From: Nitrospirota bacterium
GTDB lineage: Bacteria > Nitrospirota > UBA9217
DNA: 58,096 nucleotides
Direction of reading: 5' to 3'
Assembly (NCBI GenBank): GCA_963741205.1
Contig: CAVUHW010000036.1
Span: 1 to 58,096, forward strand
In this document: positions 55,158-58,096 of the stretch, one piece after another
Position numbering within the stretch: position 1 is the stretch's first letter
How the letters are laid out: each line of letters opens with the position of its first letter
Notes under the pieces: model-generated
What the model was told of the DNA's origin: nothing
Database searches by the model: none
What the model saw: the letters and a program-made list of their open reading frames with translations, nothing else
Made by a program: the position numbers and the translations under genes

Positions 55158-55817
55158 TTATTTTTGGGACGCCAAACCGCTGAAAAATAGTTCCGTAACA
55201 AAGGCTCCGAATCTCCGGGAAGACAGATTTACGCTCTTCCCGTGAACATATTCGGCCATTGGCTGAAGAATGAAATTATGAATGATGACCCCGATCAGCG
55301 ACGCTGCGGCAAGCGAAGGGTCGAATTTCTTCAGCTCTCCTTTTCGCATGCCTTCCTTGAATAATTCCGTAAGGCGTGCATAATTTTCCGAGAAATGCTT
55401 TTCACAGATCCATGTGCTGTTGCTCCCGCTTGCCGCGAACTCCATGGCCATGATCCGGCGCAAGTCTTCATTGTTCTGGTGAAATTGAATGGCCCCTTCA
55501 ACGTACCGTTGAATCTTGAGACGAACCGGGGCCGAGGACTTGAAAATCTCGTTTTCCCAAATGGCCTTGAGCGCCGAAAATGAATCCGCAAGGACGGATC
55601 GGTAAAGGTCGTCCTTGTCCTTGAAGTGGTAATAGATCATCGCGTTATTGACCTTGGCCGCTTCAGCGACCTCCCTGACCGATGTGCCATCGAGGCCCCG
55701 CTCGGCGAACACGCACCGGGCCGCCTCGAGGATTGCGCCTCGGGTGTCGCCTTCTGCTCGTCCTGTTTTCGGGCGGCGCCCCGGCGTCTTTTTGTGGTCT
55801 TTTGATGATCGTTTCAT
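55158..55817 (-). CDS. TetR/AcrR family transcriptional regulator
   Basis: ILEAARCVFAERGLDGTSVREVAEAAKVNNAMIYYHFKDKDDL. Confidence 0.93.
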   Translation of the reverse strand: MKRSSKDHKKTPGRRPKTGRAEGDTRGAILEAARCVFAERGLDGTSVREVAEAAKVNNAMIYYHFKDKDDLYRSVLADSFSALKAIWENEIFKSSAPVRLKIQRYVEGAIQFHQNNEDLRRIMAMEFAASGSNSTWICEKHFSENYARLTELFKEGMRKGELKKFDPSLAAASLIGVIIHNFILQPMAEYVHGKSVNLSSRRFGAFVTELFFSGLASQK

Positions 55818-55826
55818 GTCATTTAT

Positions 55827-55846
55827 TTAACTAATCGGTTAATTAA
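55827..55846. promoter_or_regulatory. Putative TetR operator
   Basis: TTAACTAATCGGTTAATTAA is 16/20 palindromic and lies 10 nt upstream of the tetR ATG. Confidence 0.65.
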
Positions 55847-55975
55847 TTGATACCAACGATAACCTGCTTGCATGTGATTTGTCAAGCGCAATTTGTCGGT
55901 GGGGATGGTGCCATTGCCCTTGACAGGAGCGGGTAAATTCAGCGGGAAAAGACGAAGTGGACCGGTGGCTCTACC

Positions 55976-57008
55976 TCATATCTCCAGCCCCCTTTCCGTC
56001 CGCTCGGGATAAACAAACACCGCCTCCTGCTCGATCCGTATTTCCTGCGAGACGACATTCTCAAGGATAAAACGTAATTGCGTGCTGCGATACGTTAGGT
56101 TTTTTTTATACGCCCTGACATAGACCTTCATCTCTACCGCGCTGTTGGGCTGCAGGATAAAGGGGTTCTGGATCATAATGAGCTGAGCGTCCTTGATTCC
56201 CGCGATTCGCAGTTGAAATACCTCAGGATCGAGACTCCGGTTTTCCACGATCAGGGAATAGACATTGATCGTGTCGCCTTGTTTCCCCGCCTGCGTGTAA
56301 GGCTGGGGGTCATCGCGGGACACCCAGAAATCCAACGGAACCCGCATATAGAGCTGATGGGCAAACAAGACAGCGATAAAGGCGAACGCCGTTGCAGGAC
56401 CCAGGACACGAAACCGGGACCGATGCATGGGGGCTCGAGAAGGAGTCCGCAAGCTTCGCGTAGGGACATATTGCTGCGCAGGATTTACTCCGGATGAAGG
56501 AGGTGTTCAGGTACACGAGCACGGTGATGAAGACCCAGGACAGAAATGTCCAGGGGCCCAGGTTGAGCATAAAGAGGTCAGCTATCATCTCCCGGGGCGG
56601 GACGAAGTACCAGATAACGTTTGCGGCTGCGATCGTGGACAGGATCAGGAGAAGAGCCCGCGACGACGCGAAGCCGGCAAGCCGGCGGCCGCCGAACCTG
56701 GTCGATAGCTGATCGATCTTTCCCGCGAAATGGGAGAAAACGGTCTGCGGGCACACCCATCCGCACCAGGCGCGGCCATAGAGAACGGTAAAGAGCAGAA
56801 GGCCGCTCAGGAAGAGGAGAAAGATGAGCAGGAAAAAATACTTCTCGCTGACCCAGATGACGGAGCCGAATAAATAGAGTTTCAGCGACGGGATGTCGAA
56901 CCGGAGGGCGCTTTCGCCGTGGACCCGAATGAAAGGTATGGCAAGCATGATGGCCGCGACCAGCCACGCGGAGACACGCCGTTGGGTTAGATATTTCGGT
57001 TTTTCCAT
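55976..57008 (-). CDS. CcoG/FixG-like protein lacking the central ferredoxin domain (frameshift near 56450)
   Basis: GRAWCGWVCPQT and CAAICPYA, then directly the FixG C-terminal Ig-like domain (INVYSLIVENRS). Confidence 0.75.
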
Positions 57009-57095
57009 TTGAAGCTACCCCGTCTCGTCGCCTTTCTCCACCGGCATGCAACATTTACGGACATGCTCCCGGGAGACAGTTTAGGGACGGCTGCA

Positions 57096-57608
57096 TTATG
57101 AACTCGCCAATTGCCCTCTGATCTCGCCTGCAGGAAAGAGCTGGGTGTGTATCTGGACGTACAGTCCGCCAGCTTGAAGGGCATTAAGCTGAGCAGCCGT
57201 CAACACCGTGCCCGCGGGCACCATCCATGTTCCACGCGTCAATCCTATCCCCCCGGTAAGGGGAATGATGATCAGCCCGTTTACGCCCGCCGCGCCCTCA
57301 TGGATATGGGCGGCAACAGCAACACTCGACAAGCCGCTGAAACTCACTGTGCCGCTGATCGCGCCCGTGACGGAGTTGACCGAAAAGACCGCACTCCCGG
57401 TCCCGGCTGTGGCAACCGGCGGGACTTCTTGAGCGCCGGTCAGGGTTGCTGTCACGGGCATTACCAGTGATGCAGCAACCGGCAGCGTGGTGGTCGTTCC
57501 CGAGGGGACTCCACCGCCTCCACACGATGCGGCAATGAACGCCAGGCAGAAAAAAAGCACCGGGAATGAGGTGTAGTGTATCATGTGTTTACATTGTGTC
57601 TTCATCAT
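57096..57608 (-). CDS. CHRD-domain lipoprotein
   Basis: Lipobox ASC; LTGAQEVPPV, AAHIHEG, LYVQIHT..FPAGEIRGQL. Confidence 0.88.
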   Translation of the reverse strand: MMKTQCKHMIHYTSFPVLFFCLAFIAASCGGGGVPSGTTTTLPVAASLVMPVTATLTGAQEVPPVATAGTGSAVFSVNSVTGAISGTVSFSGLSSVAVAAHIHEGAAGVNGLIIIPLTGGIGLTRGTWMVPAGTVLTAAQLNALQAGGLYVQIHTQLFPAGEIRGQLASS

Positions 57609-58005
57609 CAGGAGGACCTCCCTCCTTGCTCACTTTGCCAATGGATACCATAATGGCTCTCTCTTTCAAGTTAATCGTATTTATTACCGACTGTCAATAT
57701 AGGGTTGACAATACCAAGCGCAGAACTGTTATTTGCTCAATCGTGCACGATTTAATGGCCTGCTTTACAGGAAGCGTTTGACTCTTGAAATCATCCGTGC
57801 GAACCACCCGGAAGAAATAATGATGTGAAGCCGACAATATACTTTTTCAGAATCCCTCTCTAGAGCATAAATCTTTTTTATCACAAATTACAGCTTTAGT
57901 ATTATTGCGCAACTTAGCAACTCGTGATATCCTAAAACTAATGGCACAAACGACATGGCGGAAACTGGGCTATGTCTGAAAGAAACAGGAGGGAGGAAAC
58001 CATCC

Positions 58006-58096
58006 ATGATACATCGTAGACATTTTCTCTGGTCAAGCATATTGCTGATCGGAGTGATCACTTTAGTGAGTTGCGGCAGTAGCAGCAATAACAGCA
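58006..58096 (+). CDS. Lipoprotein, 5' end (runs off the window)
   Basis: SD GGAGG; MIHRRHFLWSSILLIGVITLVSCGSSSNNS with lipobox VSC. Confidence 0.6.
   Translation, partial: MIHRRHFLWSSILLIGVITLVSCGSSSNNS

Overview
A 58-kb, mostly GC-rich bacterial chromosomal segment. Gene content and style suggest an anaerobic, Gram-negative Nitrospirota/Desulfobacterota-like organism (inference, not verified). From left to right: (i) a decayed, lower-GC accessory patch with an IS110 transposase 5' fragment fused to a truncated DUF2182 gene, DUF1326, a PAS histidine kinase and an HsdM remnant; (ii) a degenerate HD-GYP/DUF4388 signalling protein, GT2, lipA, lon and hsp20; (iii) a selenocysteine formate dehydrogenase operon (fdnG - Fe-S subunit - NrfD/HybB anchor); (iv) htpX, usp, tRNA-Gly, tRNA-Cys, dnaE, class I aldolase, a thioesterase and an ANTAR-less response regulator; (v) TWO tandem GEMM-I riboswitches with the Geobacter-type 3',3'-cGAMP signature, each with its own terminator and preceded by sigma54- and sigma70-like promoters, heading a secreted 7-heme cytochrome with three Thr-rich repeat domains, followed by a secreted prenyltransferase-fold protein; (vi) housekeeping genes (mltD, ridA, rel, recJ, tatA, mobA); (vii) a copper locus headed by an apparently leaderless, exported Cys-containing small ORF ending in ERPPKA (CruR/CutF-like arrest-peptide candidate), followed by two outer-membrane proteins, copC, copD, SCO, an FGE-like domain and DUF2318; (viii) a TetR-headed operon mixing mqnA, a CDF transporter, a polyprenol kinase, an SRPBCC protein and a MacAB-TolC pump; (ix) a shortened CcoG and a CHRD lipoprotein. 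Many genes, including essential dnaE, carry single-base frameshifts that are most likely sequencing/assembly indels. All family calls come from recognising motifs by eye; no database search was run.
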